NCBI GenBank assembly: GCA_964016885.1
Contig: OZ024741.1
Coordinates: forward strand, 33,914,001-33,978,000
Direction of reading: 5' to 3'
Length of the DNA: 64,000 nucleotides
DNA from: Eledone cirrhosa
Taxonomy: Eukaryota
Within the stretch, counting starts at the first letter, position 1, and the number at the start of each line of letters is the position of its first letter. Under the pieces are notes generated by a model. The model saw only the letters and a program-made list of their open reading frames with translations, did not search any database and was not told where the DNA came from. A program made the position numbers and the translations under genes. Below are positions 50,365-61,119 of the stretch, one piece after another.

Positions 50365-50845
50365 TCATGGTGTTGATGATGATGGTGGTGGTGATGGTGA
50401 TGGTGGTGGTAGTGATGGTGATGATAATGGTGGTGGTGGTGATTGTGATGATGATGGTGGTGGTAATGGTGGTGGTGGTAGTGATGGTGATGGAGGTGAT
50501 GATGGTGATGATGATGGTGGTAACTATGATAGTTGTAATGATGATGATGGTGGTAATGGTGGTGATGATGGTGGAGGTGGTGATGGTGATGATGATGGTG
50601 GCAACTATGATAGTTGTAATGATGATGATGGTGGTAATGGTGGTGATGATGGTAGTGGTGGAGGTGGTAACTATGATAGTTGTAATGATGATGATGATGG
50701 TGGTGGTATTGACGATGGTGGTGGTGATGATGGTGATGATAATGATGATGGTGGTGATGATCATGGTGGTGGTGATATTAATGATGATGGAGGTGATGAT
50801 CATGGTGGTGGTGATATTAATGATGATGGAGGTGATGATAATGGA
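50365..50845. repeat. (GAT/GGT)n triplet repeat
   Basis: Directly visible. Confidence 0.9.
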
Positions 50846-50979
50846 CACTATAGATGGTATATGTCATGGATGGCAGTGGTCTATCTACCTCCAATACAAG
50901 ACAAACAGCAATACTTCTGAGTAGCCATTTGATTTGCTAGAAATATTAACCAGATCTTCTTAAAAATCCCATTGCTCTC

Positions 50980-52060
50980 AACAAGCATCAGTCCGTTGTG
51001 CAGTGTTAGCTGGCACATTTTCATCTAGCAGTTGTTAGTCTTATTTGCTGCAAGTGTATGTTACACCTCAAGATATTTTAGTTGGCTGACATCCAGTCTT
51101 TTTGGTGCAGTTTTACCAAATGTCTTGCACTTGCACTTTAGTCTGACAAATTGCACATGATGTGTATCAGTACATGATCAGTGAAGCAGTCAGTACCCTT
51201 CATGGCATGGGTACAGCTTACACCAGCAAATGTTGTTGCTACAGGGTAGGCACATAGTTCAGCAGATGCAATCGCTTCGACTGGAAGAAGGTATTTGTCA
51301 TCTCTAAATCATATCTAGTGCATAGCTCCAGAAGTTGTCCTTTGGAGTTGAAATTTCCTTTTCCAAAGTTATCTAATGCACAGTCTCATGTTTGGCAGTC
51401 TCTCTCCAACTCTTGCATTAAGCCACCTAGAACAGGGGTCGGCAACCTTTTGGGGTGTGCAGGCCACATAGCTACACAGTGTCTCGTAGGCAGGCCATGA
51501 CATCAAATAAGTAATGGGAACATATGTAAAAATGAATACAATAATATAATAAAATACTCTGACATTTTCAATAAACTGTGACAAAACCACAATACCTGGC
51601 GGTGTATTTAGATCAGGGTTGCCATTTGTTCGATGAAAAAATTTACTTCAAATAATACTGAACACTTTTAACATAGAAAAATAAATAAACATTGATTATT
51701 ATTGAATACAGTCACTTACAGATGTTTTACTACCAGACAGCTAACTCAAATGAAAGATTTTGAGGATGAAAATGAAATAACTGTATGTCAAACACGCTGA
51801 CCTGCTTTGGGTATGTCTGAGTCTTGTGGCTAGATGTGTTCTCTTGGTATGCTAATCTAAAATAATTCAGAGCACTTTTTTAGGGATTGCTTAGCCTAAG
51901 ATTGAAACCTGTTGATGGGCCGGACAAAAATCCTTCACTGGCCGGGGGTTGCCGAACTCTGACTTAGGACAAGCTGTTCGTTAGCTGATGAAATCGTGTC
52001 TTCCTTCTTACTCTGTATATTTGCCATTGTCAGAGTTTAGGCACTGAAAACAGTCATGCT
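50980..52060 (-). mobile_element. Degraded LINE apurinic-endonuclease region (RTE-like), split by a hAT MITE
   Basis: Antisense translation LNARVGE..NFGKGNFNSKGQLLELCTRYDLEMTNTFFQ..KGTDCFTDHVLI matches APE motifs DFNARVG, NTFF and SDH. Confidence 0.7.
51433..51961. mobile_element. hAT (Charlie-like) MITE
   Basis: TIRs CAGGGGTCGGCAACC / GGTTGCCGAACTCTG; imperfect 8-bp TSD ACCTAGAA / ACTTAGGA with central TA. Confidence 0.8.
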
Positions 52061-52612
52061 TTAGTTTACAATCATGAGGTTGTGAGTTCAATTCTCGGAC
52101 CAGGTTATGCGTTGTGTCCTTGAGCAAGACACTTTATTTCATGTTGCTCCAGTTTACTCAGCTGTAGAAATGAGTTGTGAAGTCACTGGTGTCAAACTGT
52201 ATCAACCATTGTCTTTCTCTTGGACAACATCAGTGACATAGAGAGGGGAGACTGGTATGTATGGGTGACTGCTGGTCTTCCACAAACAACTCTACTCGGA
52301 CTTGCACCTCAAAGGGGAACTTTCTACGTGAAAATCCTATGGTCATTTCTGACCGAAGGGGTTCTTTACCATATCATCATCATCACCGTTTTACGTCCAT
52401 TCTTCCACGCTAGCATGGGTTAGATGAGTTGTCCTGCTATGGGCAATGCTAGGTCAGGTGACCATGCCTTGCTTATACAGAACTGACTTTGGCTTGGTTT
52501 CTACAGCTGGATGCCCTTCCTAACGCCAACCTCATTTACAGTGTGGACTGGGTGCTTTTTGTTGTGATGCCTACATGACCACTTTACAGTGCCGGCTGGG
52601 TGCTTTTTGTCA
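52060..52612. mobile_element. Two SINE pieces: family B-like head with alternative body (+, 52060-52370) and an RTE-tailed SINE (-, 52373-52612)
   Basis: GGTTGTGAGTTCAATTCTC..TCCTTGAGCAAGACACTTT head; the second piece is the reverse complement of the 1018-1203 type. Confidence 0.75.
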
Positions 52613-52651
52613 TGATATATATATATACACATGATATATATATATACACGA

Positions 52652-52995
52652 GGCACATGGCTTAGTGGTTAGAGCATTGGCCTTGCAATCGAAAAGGTTG
52701 TGAGTTCAATTCTCAGACCGGGTGATGTGTTGTTTCCTTGAGCAAGACACTTTATTTCACATTGCTCCAGTTTACTCAGCTGTAGAAATGAGATGATAGG
52801 GACTGGGGTCCCTATCATTCCACCGCAAAGTGGTCGTGGAGGTGCCACGGCAAAAAAGCACCCAGCACTCACTGTAAATGAGGTTGGTGTTAGGAAGGGC
52901 ATCCAGCTGTAGAAATCAAGCCAGAATCAGTTCCCGTCCCACCCTTGCAAGCAGGGAAAAGTGGACGTAAAATGAAATGATGAAATGATGATGAT
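52652..52995 (+). mobile_element. tRNA-derived SINE (family B), full length
   Basis: Near-identical to 3500-3848 (reverse complement). Confidence 0.9.
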
Positions 52996-53336
52996 ATATA
53001 CATGATATATATATATACACATGATATATATATATATACACATTATATATATATATATATATATACACATACCTACATAAACCTACACAAATGTACACAT
53101 ACCGACATAAACATAAATGTTTTACACTACTTTTAACAGTAGGTTTGATTTTGAAATAACATTTCTTTAAATCCTGGATAATGGTGGTATGTAGGTCATT
53201 GAAATAATGTTTCTTGATGATATAACATCATCATCAGTGTCATTTTAACGTCTGCTTTCCCTGCTAGCAAGGTTTCGACGTGTTTATATAGACCAAGTAT
53301 TGAAGCGGAACCACTGATCTCTCAGATGAGCCAGGG

Positions 53337-53370
<34 letters not shown>

Positions 53371-53749
53371 GTATATATATATGTATATATATATAACTAG
53401 GATTTAAATTAAATCATTTAATTGATTAATGATCGTTTCATTCAAATAACAGGAATATTAATTATAATAATTTCTATAGAATCCATTAAATAAATTGATA
53501 TTTACCAATACATGTCCATAAAACAATCACAGAAGTCTGAAAATATAAACAAATTGAAATACTGTTGGGAAAATGTTAACATTTTATAGAAGCCTAAATA
53601 TTAAAGTTTACTGATTGGATGAAACTCTGAACTGTCTTCTACCTATCTTGCTGTGGACTATAAAACCACATTGAGCTTTAAAATGTTCTTTACCTTTATA
53701 TGGTTGTATTATCAACTCATCTAAACTCTTAATATATATATATGTATGT

Positions 53750-53955
53750 ATAGGAAAAGAGTCAGGACCCCGACGGCAGAGTTCAAGCCGTTTCAACGGC
53801 TATTTCTGTACTGAGTCCAGAAATAGCCATCGAAACGACTTGAGCTCTGCCGTCAGGGTCCTGACTCTTTTCCTATTACCCACTCTACTACCCATAGTTT
53901 CGACTACTCTGGTGTGTTATGGTCCACCTTGTTCCTTACCACACATCCTTCGTTA
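53750..53955. mobile_element. Palindromic fold-back fragment of the 42150-43382 HHR element family
   Basis: Imperfect inverted repeat 53750-53876 centred at 53813; each arm has the 3' half of the HHR (GAAACG.C..GCCGTC.GGGT); 3' end CCTATTACCCACTCTACTACC..CCTTCGTTATAT shared with 43311-43385. Confidence 0.8.
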
Positions 53956-53956
53956 T

Positions 53957-53957
<1 letters not shown>

Positions 53958-53989
<32 letters not shown>

Positions 53990-54818
53990 TTCGTTTAACG
54001 TCCATCTTCCACGTTAGCATGGGTTAGACGGGAGTTGTCCCACATGAGGCAAGGTTGGTTGGGTGACCGTGTCTCGCTCATATAGGACTGTCTGGCAGGT
54101 TTTCTACGGCTGGATGCCTTTCCTAACACCAACCACATTTACAGTGTGGAACTGGGAACTTTTTACCGTGTTACCTACACGACCACATTACAGCGTGGAC
54201 TGTGTGTTTTTTTTCTCGTGACACCTACACGATCTCATTATCTCATTTATTTGAACTGGATGTTGTGGTACCAACTTTACAGAGAGAGGGTGGTGTTGGT
54301 GGGAGTGGGAGGATAGGGTATGGGTAGTGGATTGGGGTGTATATTTGGTTAAGAGGTGCCTATTGACTGTAGGTTCCGCTTTGTACATAGGCAAGGCGCG
54401 TCTTCTGTATTACTGTGTAGCGCCAAAGATCTCGGTCCAATGACTTTGTCTTAGAGAGGTGCAAGTGTGTAAAGTCGGAATTTATCAGATCGTCCCAGGT
54501 TTTTCTGGGTCTGCCTACTCCGTAACTACCATCAATTTTGATCGCCCTGCACTTTTTTATGCAGCTGTCGTTTTTCATGCGCATCACGTGACCATACCAA
54601 CGTAGTCTTCTCTCAAGTAAACAGCATCTGATCCCTCTTATTCCTAATTTCTCACTTAGTTCATTTATGCTTTGCCGTTCACGTATATTACTATTACGCA
54701 TCCAACGGAGCATGCAAGCTTTGTTCCTTTCCGGTCTGCGCAGGTCCTCTGTACGTAATGCCCATGTCTCACTGCCATGTAGCATTGCTGTTCGTATACA
54801 AGCATCATACAATCTGCC
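53958..54818 (-). mobile_element. RTE LINE 3' fragment
   Basis: GRLYDACIRTAMLHGSETW..RLRWYGHVMR..GRPRKTW plus 3' UTR and (CAT)n. Confidence 0.92.
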
Positions 54819-54831
54819 ATATATATATATA

Positions 54832-54880
54832 TAATGGAAAAATTTGAACAGGGACAAAACAGAGAGGCAGTACAACGATA
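54832..54880 (-). mobile_element. Short terminus of the Penelope-like element seen at 11945
   Basis: TAATGGAAAAATTTGAACAGG.ACAAAACAGAGAGGCAGTACAACGA after (TA)n; near-identical to 11944-11990. Confidence 0.8.
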
Positions 54881-55084
54881 ACAGTAACAAAATCAAACAG
54901 AGGTAATGCGTGGAAGGAAAATATATATATATATAATAGGTGGTTCAGTAGATTTGTGGTTTACTGAAGAAGGTATCACCAATATCATCACTCTATGCTA
55001 AGGCAGAGTGGATATTTGGTGGTGTGTGTATATTGTTTGGTTCAGGATGCTGTTAGATGAGATTTTGGCTTTGCTTGATTAACA

Positions 55085-55167
55085 AGTCTGATGAGCAGAT
55101 TGGGTTGGAGTCGGGATATGGCATTGATATAGATCCTGAGCCACCCATCTGTGAAACAGTCGTTACT
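55085..55167 (+). ncRNA. Type I hammerhead ribozyme with long stem II
   Basis: AGT-CTGATGA-GCAGAT..GGGT.TGG..CGGGAT...ATCCTG..CCA.CCC-ATCTGT-GAAAC-agtc-GTT^ACT; AATAAA 11 nt downstream. Confidence 0.7.
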
Positions 55168-55214
55168 ATATATAATCAATAAAGACCTTAATGTGAAACC
55201 TCGCTTTGTTTCCA

Positions 55215-55683
55215 ATCATCATCATCATCATCATCGTTTAACGTCCATCTTCCACGCTAGCATGGGTCTGGATGGGAATTGTCCCACTTGAGGCAAGGTT
55301 GGTTGTCTTGCTCGTATAGGACTGTCTGGTGGGTTTTCTATGGTTGGATGCCCTTCCTAACACCAACCACGTTTACAGTGTGGACTGGGAGGTTTTTACT
55401 GTGTTACCTACACGGCCACATTACAGCGTGGACTGTGTGTTTTTTGTCATGAAACCTACACGACCTCATTTGTTTCGGACTGAATGTTGTGGTACCAACA
55501 TAACTTTACAGAGAAAGATGGTGTAGATGGGGGTGGGGGTAGGGGTATGGGACGGGCGTGTATTTTGGTTAAGAGATGCCTACTGATTGTAGGTTTTGCT
55601 TTGTACTTAGGCAAGGCGGGTCTTCTGTATTACTGTGTAGCGCCAAAGATCTCGGTCCAGTGACATTGTCTTGGAGAGGTGTA
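55215..55683 (-). mobile_element. RTE LINE 3' end, head-to-head with the next copy
   Basis: Inverted relative to ~56980-57440. Confidence 0.9.
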
Positions 55684-55694
55684 AGCATCTAGAT

Positions 55695-57450
55695 CGGTGG
55701 GACACACTATGGTTACCCGGATAGTAAACCAAGTCATACAGAATGGGGTCATACCAAATGACTGGTGTAGCAGCATCATCATTAACTGCTACAAGGGTAA
55801 AGGAGATGCCCTAGATAGGGGAAACTATAAAGGCATTAAATTAATTGACCAGGTCATGAAGGTCACAGAAAGAGTTATAGCGCAACTAATCAGAGAGTGA
55901 ATTGATCTAGATGAAATGCAGTTTGGGTTTGTGTCAGGTAAAAGTACCACAGACACTCTTTTCCTTGTACGACAACTACAGGAGAAGTACCTAGCTAAAA
56001 GTAAACCCCTATACTTAGCTTTTGTTGACTTGGAGAAAGCCTTTGACAGAGTCCCCTGCTCCATTATCTGGTGTGCTCTTAGAAAACTAGGTGTTGATGA
56101 AGGCACAAGCCATGTATAAAGAAACAGTCAGCAAGGTTAGAATTAACAACGAATATAGTGAAGAATTTAGCGTAAAAGTTGGTGTTCATCAGGGCTCTGT
56201 CCTTAGCCCCCTCCTATTTATTATTGCCCTTCAGGCTATAACAGAGGAGTTCAAGATCGGCTGCCCATGGGAACTTCTATACGCAGATGATCTAACGCTC
56301 ATAGCCGAATCATTGGCTGAACTAGAGAAGAAATAGTGAAAAAAGATGTAGTGGGATCACAGGTAAGCTAACTAAGAATATAGATTTTATATGTGGCCGG
56401 TGCTCAGGTGCAATAAGTAGCAGCAAGTGCCCACAGAATACTAGCTCATTCCATTGCACAGATGGTTCTATAGAAATAATGGACACCTTCCGTTACCTGG
56501 GTGACAAAATCAGCAGTGGTGGAGGGTGTTCCAAAAGTACTGTAGCTAGAGTCAGAACAGGATGGAAAAAGTTCAGAGAGCTTATACCACTATTGGCCGC
56601 TAAAGGTTTCTCTCTAAAACTGAAAGGCAGGCTGTATGATGCCTGCATACGAACAGCAATGTTACATGGCAGTGAGATATGGGCCTTATGTGCAGAAGAT
56701 CTACGCAGACTATAGAGGAACGAAGCTTGCATGCTCCGTTGGATGCGTAATAGTAATATACGCGAGCGGCAAAGCATAAATGAACTAAGTGAGAAATTAG
56801 GAATAAGAGGGATCAGATGCTGTTTACTCGAGAGAAGACTACGTTGGTATGGTCACGTGATGCGCATGAAAGATGACAGCTGTATAAAAAAGTGCAGGGC
56901 GATCAAAGTAGACGGTAGCGACGGAGTAGGCAGACCCAGAAAAACCTGGGACGATTTGATAAATTCCGACCTTACACACTTACACCTCTCCAAGACAATG
57001 TCACTGGACCGAGATCTTTGGCGCTACGCAGTAATACAGAAGACCCAAAGCGAAACCTACAGTTAGTAGGCACCTCTTAACCAAAAATACATACTCATCC
57101 CACTAACCCTACCCCCACTCCATCTACACCACCCCTTTCTCTGTAAATTTATGTTGGTACCACAACATCCAGTCCTAAATAAATAAGGTTGTGTAGGTGT
57201 CACGACAAAAAAACACACAGTCCACGCTGTAATGTGGCCGTGTAGGTAACACGGTAAAAACCTCCCAGTCCCACACTGTAAACGTGGTTGGTGTTAGGAA
57301 GAGAACCAGCCATAGAAAACTTGCCAGACAGTCCTCTACGAGCAAGACAACCAATCTTGCCTCAAGTGGGAAAATTCCCATCTAAACCCATGCTAGCGTG
57401 GAAGATAGACGTTAAATGACGATGATGATGATGATGACGACGACGACGAT
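55695..57450 (+). mobile_element. RTE-clade LINE, 5'-truncated with internal deletion
   Basis: ORFs 55697-57066 carry RT motifs (DLEKAFD, HQGSVLSP, YADD); the segment encoding FQTWK...KVWVH is missing at ~56335; 3' UTR plus (GAT)n. Confidence 0.95.
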
Positions 57451-57556
57451 TGCGTGTGTGTGTGTGTGTGTCTGTATGTATCAATATTGTTGCTGTATAT
57501 TTAAATTCTTATATATATTTTATTGCTGTATATATAAAAGATTCCATATGCTTATG

Positions 57557-57589
57557 TTTACAATCTGTTTCTTTTATTTCCAGGTAAGT
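57557..57589 (+). other. Candidate recursive splice site (3' splice site immediately followed by 5' splice site)
   Basis: TTTAC..TCTGTTTCTTTTATTTCCAG|GTAAGT: branch-like motif, pyrimidine tract, CAG, perfect donor, all in unique sequence. Confidence 0.45.
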
Positions 57590-58584
57590 TACCATATTGG
57601 CAGAAAGTTCTTTGATATTTTTACTCTATTATCTACAGTCTCCTTAGTAAGTACCAGTTTATTATACTATGTCCTCTCTGCTGTCCCCTTGCTGAATACA
57701 AGTTGCTTACAGTAGTGGCTTCTAAATGTGTTGGTAAAGATTATACTATGCTAGTGTCAGTGGTAGTGGAGCTGGTGGTGGTGGTGGTGGTAGTAGTAGT
57801 AGTAATGATATACCAGAGTAGTAGTAGTAGTAATATACCAGGGTAGTGTCAATAGTAGTGGTGGTGGTAGTAGTAGTAGTAATATACCAGGGTAGTGTCA
57901 ATAGTAGTGGTGGTGGTAGTAGTAGTAGTAATGATATACCAGAGTAGTAGTAGTAGTAGTAATATACCAGCGTAGTGTCAATAGTAGTGGTGGTGGTAGT
58001 AGTAACAAAGACTACAGACCATACAAGTAACAAGACACTATGACTGGTTATATAAATGGGATGGAGGGAGATGAGGTGTGGGGTGTGGTGGAAGCATTTA
58101 TAGTAATTAATTAATTGGCTGATATCGGCATATTTACCTAATTATTGATGGTAGTGGTGGGGATAGTCATGGTGGCATTAGGGGTGGTGGTGGTAGTCAT
58201 GGTGGCATTGGGGGTGGTGGTGGTCATCGTCATGGTGACATTGTTGGTCGGGGGGGGGGGGGTAGTAGCAGCAGTGGAGATGGTGGCATTTGTGGTGGGG
58301 ATGATATAGGGGTAGGTGGTAGTTTTAGGGGTAGTGGTGGTGGTAATGGGGTGGAGGTGCCTGGTGGGGGTGGTGGTGGCAGCTGCTTTTGTGGTGTTTT
58401 AGATTTTATACCCTCCTTCCTTAGATTTGTGTAATATACTACATAACTAATACTGGGTACAAAGCACACACACACACATACACACATACACACACTCACA
58501 GACTCACATTCATAGACACACATATAGACACACTCATCGACACACACACATACATATTCACACATACACATACTCACACATACA

Positions 58585-59786
58585 AGCTTTCAATTCTGTG
58601 CCACACAAAAAGCTTATGGCAAAACTCTCTGCAATGGGTGTGAAGGATGATCTTTTTAACTGGTTGAAGTCCTTCATTCTCAATCGAAGAGAGGTAGTCA
58701 CGGTTCTGGGACAGCATTCCTCACCAATGAGATGTCATCTGGTGTACAACAGGGATCTGTTCTTGGCCCCCTTTTGTTTGTGGCATATATTAATGACATA
58801 GATGCCAACTTAAAGAATGCCACAGTAGTAAAGTATGCAGACGACATCAAGCTGTACCTTGAAATAAAAAGGACAGATCCTGAACACTATAGATCTTGCT
58901 TGCAGTCTGACCTGGACACAATGCAACAATGGATCTCAGACTGGCAACTCAAGCTAGCTGTGGACAAGTGTACCACCATGCATTTTGGGAGTAAAAACAC
59001 TTCGTCCACATACTCCCTCCACAGCACTAATATCAAGAAGTCTTCTTGTGAACGTGACCTGGGCATTACGGTCAGCAGCGATTTGCGTTGGACGAAGCAC
59101 GTCTCTAAAATTGTCAAGAGGGCTGAGCGTCTCTTAGTATCACTCAGCAAGACCTTTGTTAGCCGCTCTCCAGCTATCTATTTAAGGCTGTACATGGCTA
59201 TGGTGCGGCCACACTTAGATTTTGCATCACCAGTCTGGAACCCCTATCTTGCTCAGAACATTGACCGCCTGGAAACTGTTCAGAGACGTGCAACCAAGCG
59301 AATACTCTCCATCAGGCATCTACCATACTCTGAATGCCTTGCTTCCCTGGGCATGGATACATTGAAGCTCCGACGTCTGGCAACTGACTTGGTAAATACC
59401 CACAAAATTGTTAACCATCTTGCCAACAACAACCCTGAGTACCTTTTTGATTTCCATGTGTCTAACACACGTGGGCATGCACACAAAGTCAGAAAACCAC
59501 ACAGCTCCCATGACTTTCGGAAACCTTTTTTCATGCGCAGAGTTGCTGAAGCATGGAACAAACTACCTGCATCAGTTGTTAGCTGTCGAGACGCTGCATC
59601 CTTTAAAACCTCCATGCTTCCTGAGATTCGCCCACACTACACCTAATATTCCCCCTCCATACACATGCACACATGTATATCATGACTCATACACTATTCA
59701 CTTCCCTGACATTTGTATATTATTCTATGTACTATACATGCACCTTTGACGAGTTGTAGTGCACCTGAGCACTTTACACAATAATT

Positions 59787-59815
<29 letters not shown>
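58585..59815 (+). mobile_element. CR1-group LINE, 5'-truncated (RT C-terminal half plus (ATT)n tail)
   Basis: ORF 58732-59646: SGVQQGSVLGPLLF..YINDI, KYADDIK, C..MHFG, ERDLG, RPHLDFASPVWNP, QRRATK, TRGH, FF.RRV..WN.LP; (ATT)n at 59789-59815. Confidence 0.92.
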
Positions 59816-59817
<2 letters not shown>

Positions 59818-60299
59818 AAACGTACATACACATGCACATATACACACGTGTGCATGAATGCATGAATCCTTATCACACACCTACAATTGCATGTGTATAG
59901 TAAAACCCAGGAACACCAACCTAGACAAGACATGGTGTTGGTGGTGGTGATAGTAGTGGTGGTGGTGATCATAGTAGTAGTAGTGGTGTAGTGGTGGTGT
60001 ATTGTGATGATGGTGGTGGTGATCAAGGTAGTAGTAGTGGTGTAGTAGTGGTGGTGTTGTATTGTGATGGTCGTGGTGGTGATCATGGTAGTAGTAGTGG
60101 TGTAGTGGTGGTGGTGGTGTTGTATTGTGATGGTGGTGGTGGTTGTGTTAACAAGAATAGAACATAATGACGATGATGTTGATGTTAGGACAAAGGTAGA
60201 CAACACACGCACCCTCACACACACACATGTGCATGCATTCTTAACACACATATTCACATGTATCGATGTACATCCATGATGGATACACATACATATATA

Positions 60300-60710
60300 T
60301 CATCATCATCGTCATTGTTGATTTAACATCTGCTTACCCTGCTAGCAAGGGTTGGACAGGTCCATATAGACCAAGTCAGTACTGCAGCGGAGCCACTGAT
60401 CTCCCAGGCAGGCCAAGAACCTGTGCACTTATGTACAGTCATATGTTCCATTGAGGGCTCAGGAGAGGTTGTCATACCTTTGACACAACTTTGGGTCACA
60501 CTAACTCTCCGTCTGGCAAGATTTTTATGGTTGGATGCTCTTCCTATTTCCAACCACTTTACAGTGTGTACTGGGTGTGTTTATCATGTAGATCATCAAC
60601 ACTAGGGAGGTTGTCATGTCCTTGACATGACTGAAGGGTCCTCCTAATCCTTTGTTTGTTTGCTTGGCAAGCTTTCCATGACTGGAAACCCTTCCTATCT
60701 CCAACCACGG
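60300..60710 (-). mobile_element. SINE-like element (family D) with duplicated internal module
   Basis: Reverse-complement similarity to 30765-31035; the GGCAAG.TTT..ATG..TGGA..C.CTTCCTAT.TCCAACCAC module is present twice. Confidence 0.7.
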
Positions 60711-61069
60711 AGTGGGGGAAGCTGCCAGGAAATAGTGTGTGTGTCTGGGCAATGAGGATGATGTTGATGATGATATATATATGTATGCTTTTGATGTTGC
60801 AACATTAAAAGAATATTTCCAGTCTGGCCTTCTGTTGTTTTTTAAATAAATATTTAACTCCATTCCTGCACCAGCCATATGATACCACATCTATGATGAA
60901 TGAGTTGCATAACATCGAATACTTTAACTTATTAAATCATAGTTTACTAACCGGAATGACCAGATCTACCCATTGGTAAACCACACAAACCACACAACAT
61001 ACATGGTATATATGTGTATATAAATATATATATATATATATATTTATTTTATTAAGGCTAAATAGTGAG

Positions 61070-61119
61070 TCTTGTTACTCTGGAGTTTCGCCTGTTTATC
61101 ATAGTGTCATCAGACAAGA
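61070..61119 (-). ncRNA. Type I hammerhead ribozyme with decayed stem II
   Basis: Minus strand UCUUGU-CUGAUGA-cacuaugauaaacaggc-GAAACUC-ca-GAGUA^ACAAGA; 6-bp stem I, 4-bp stem III; lies between two (TA)n tracts. Confidence 0.65.

Noticed and set aside
51985-52060. Hammerhead from CTGATGA..GAAA
   Set aside because: Stems I and III do not form properly, and the segment reads as LINE endonuclease coding relic on the minus strand.
53425-53500. Minus-strand hammerhead relic (ATTC..GAAT-GAAACGATC)
   Set aside because: The 5' core reads TTAATGG, too far from CUGANGA to support in such AT-rich DNA.
58732-59646. Intact functional reverse transcriptase gene
   Set aside because: Only the C-terminal half of a CR1-type ORF2, frameshifted at its 5' side and lacking the endonuclease; a truncated insertion.
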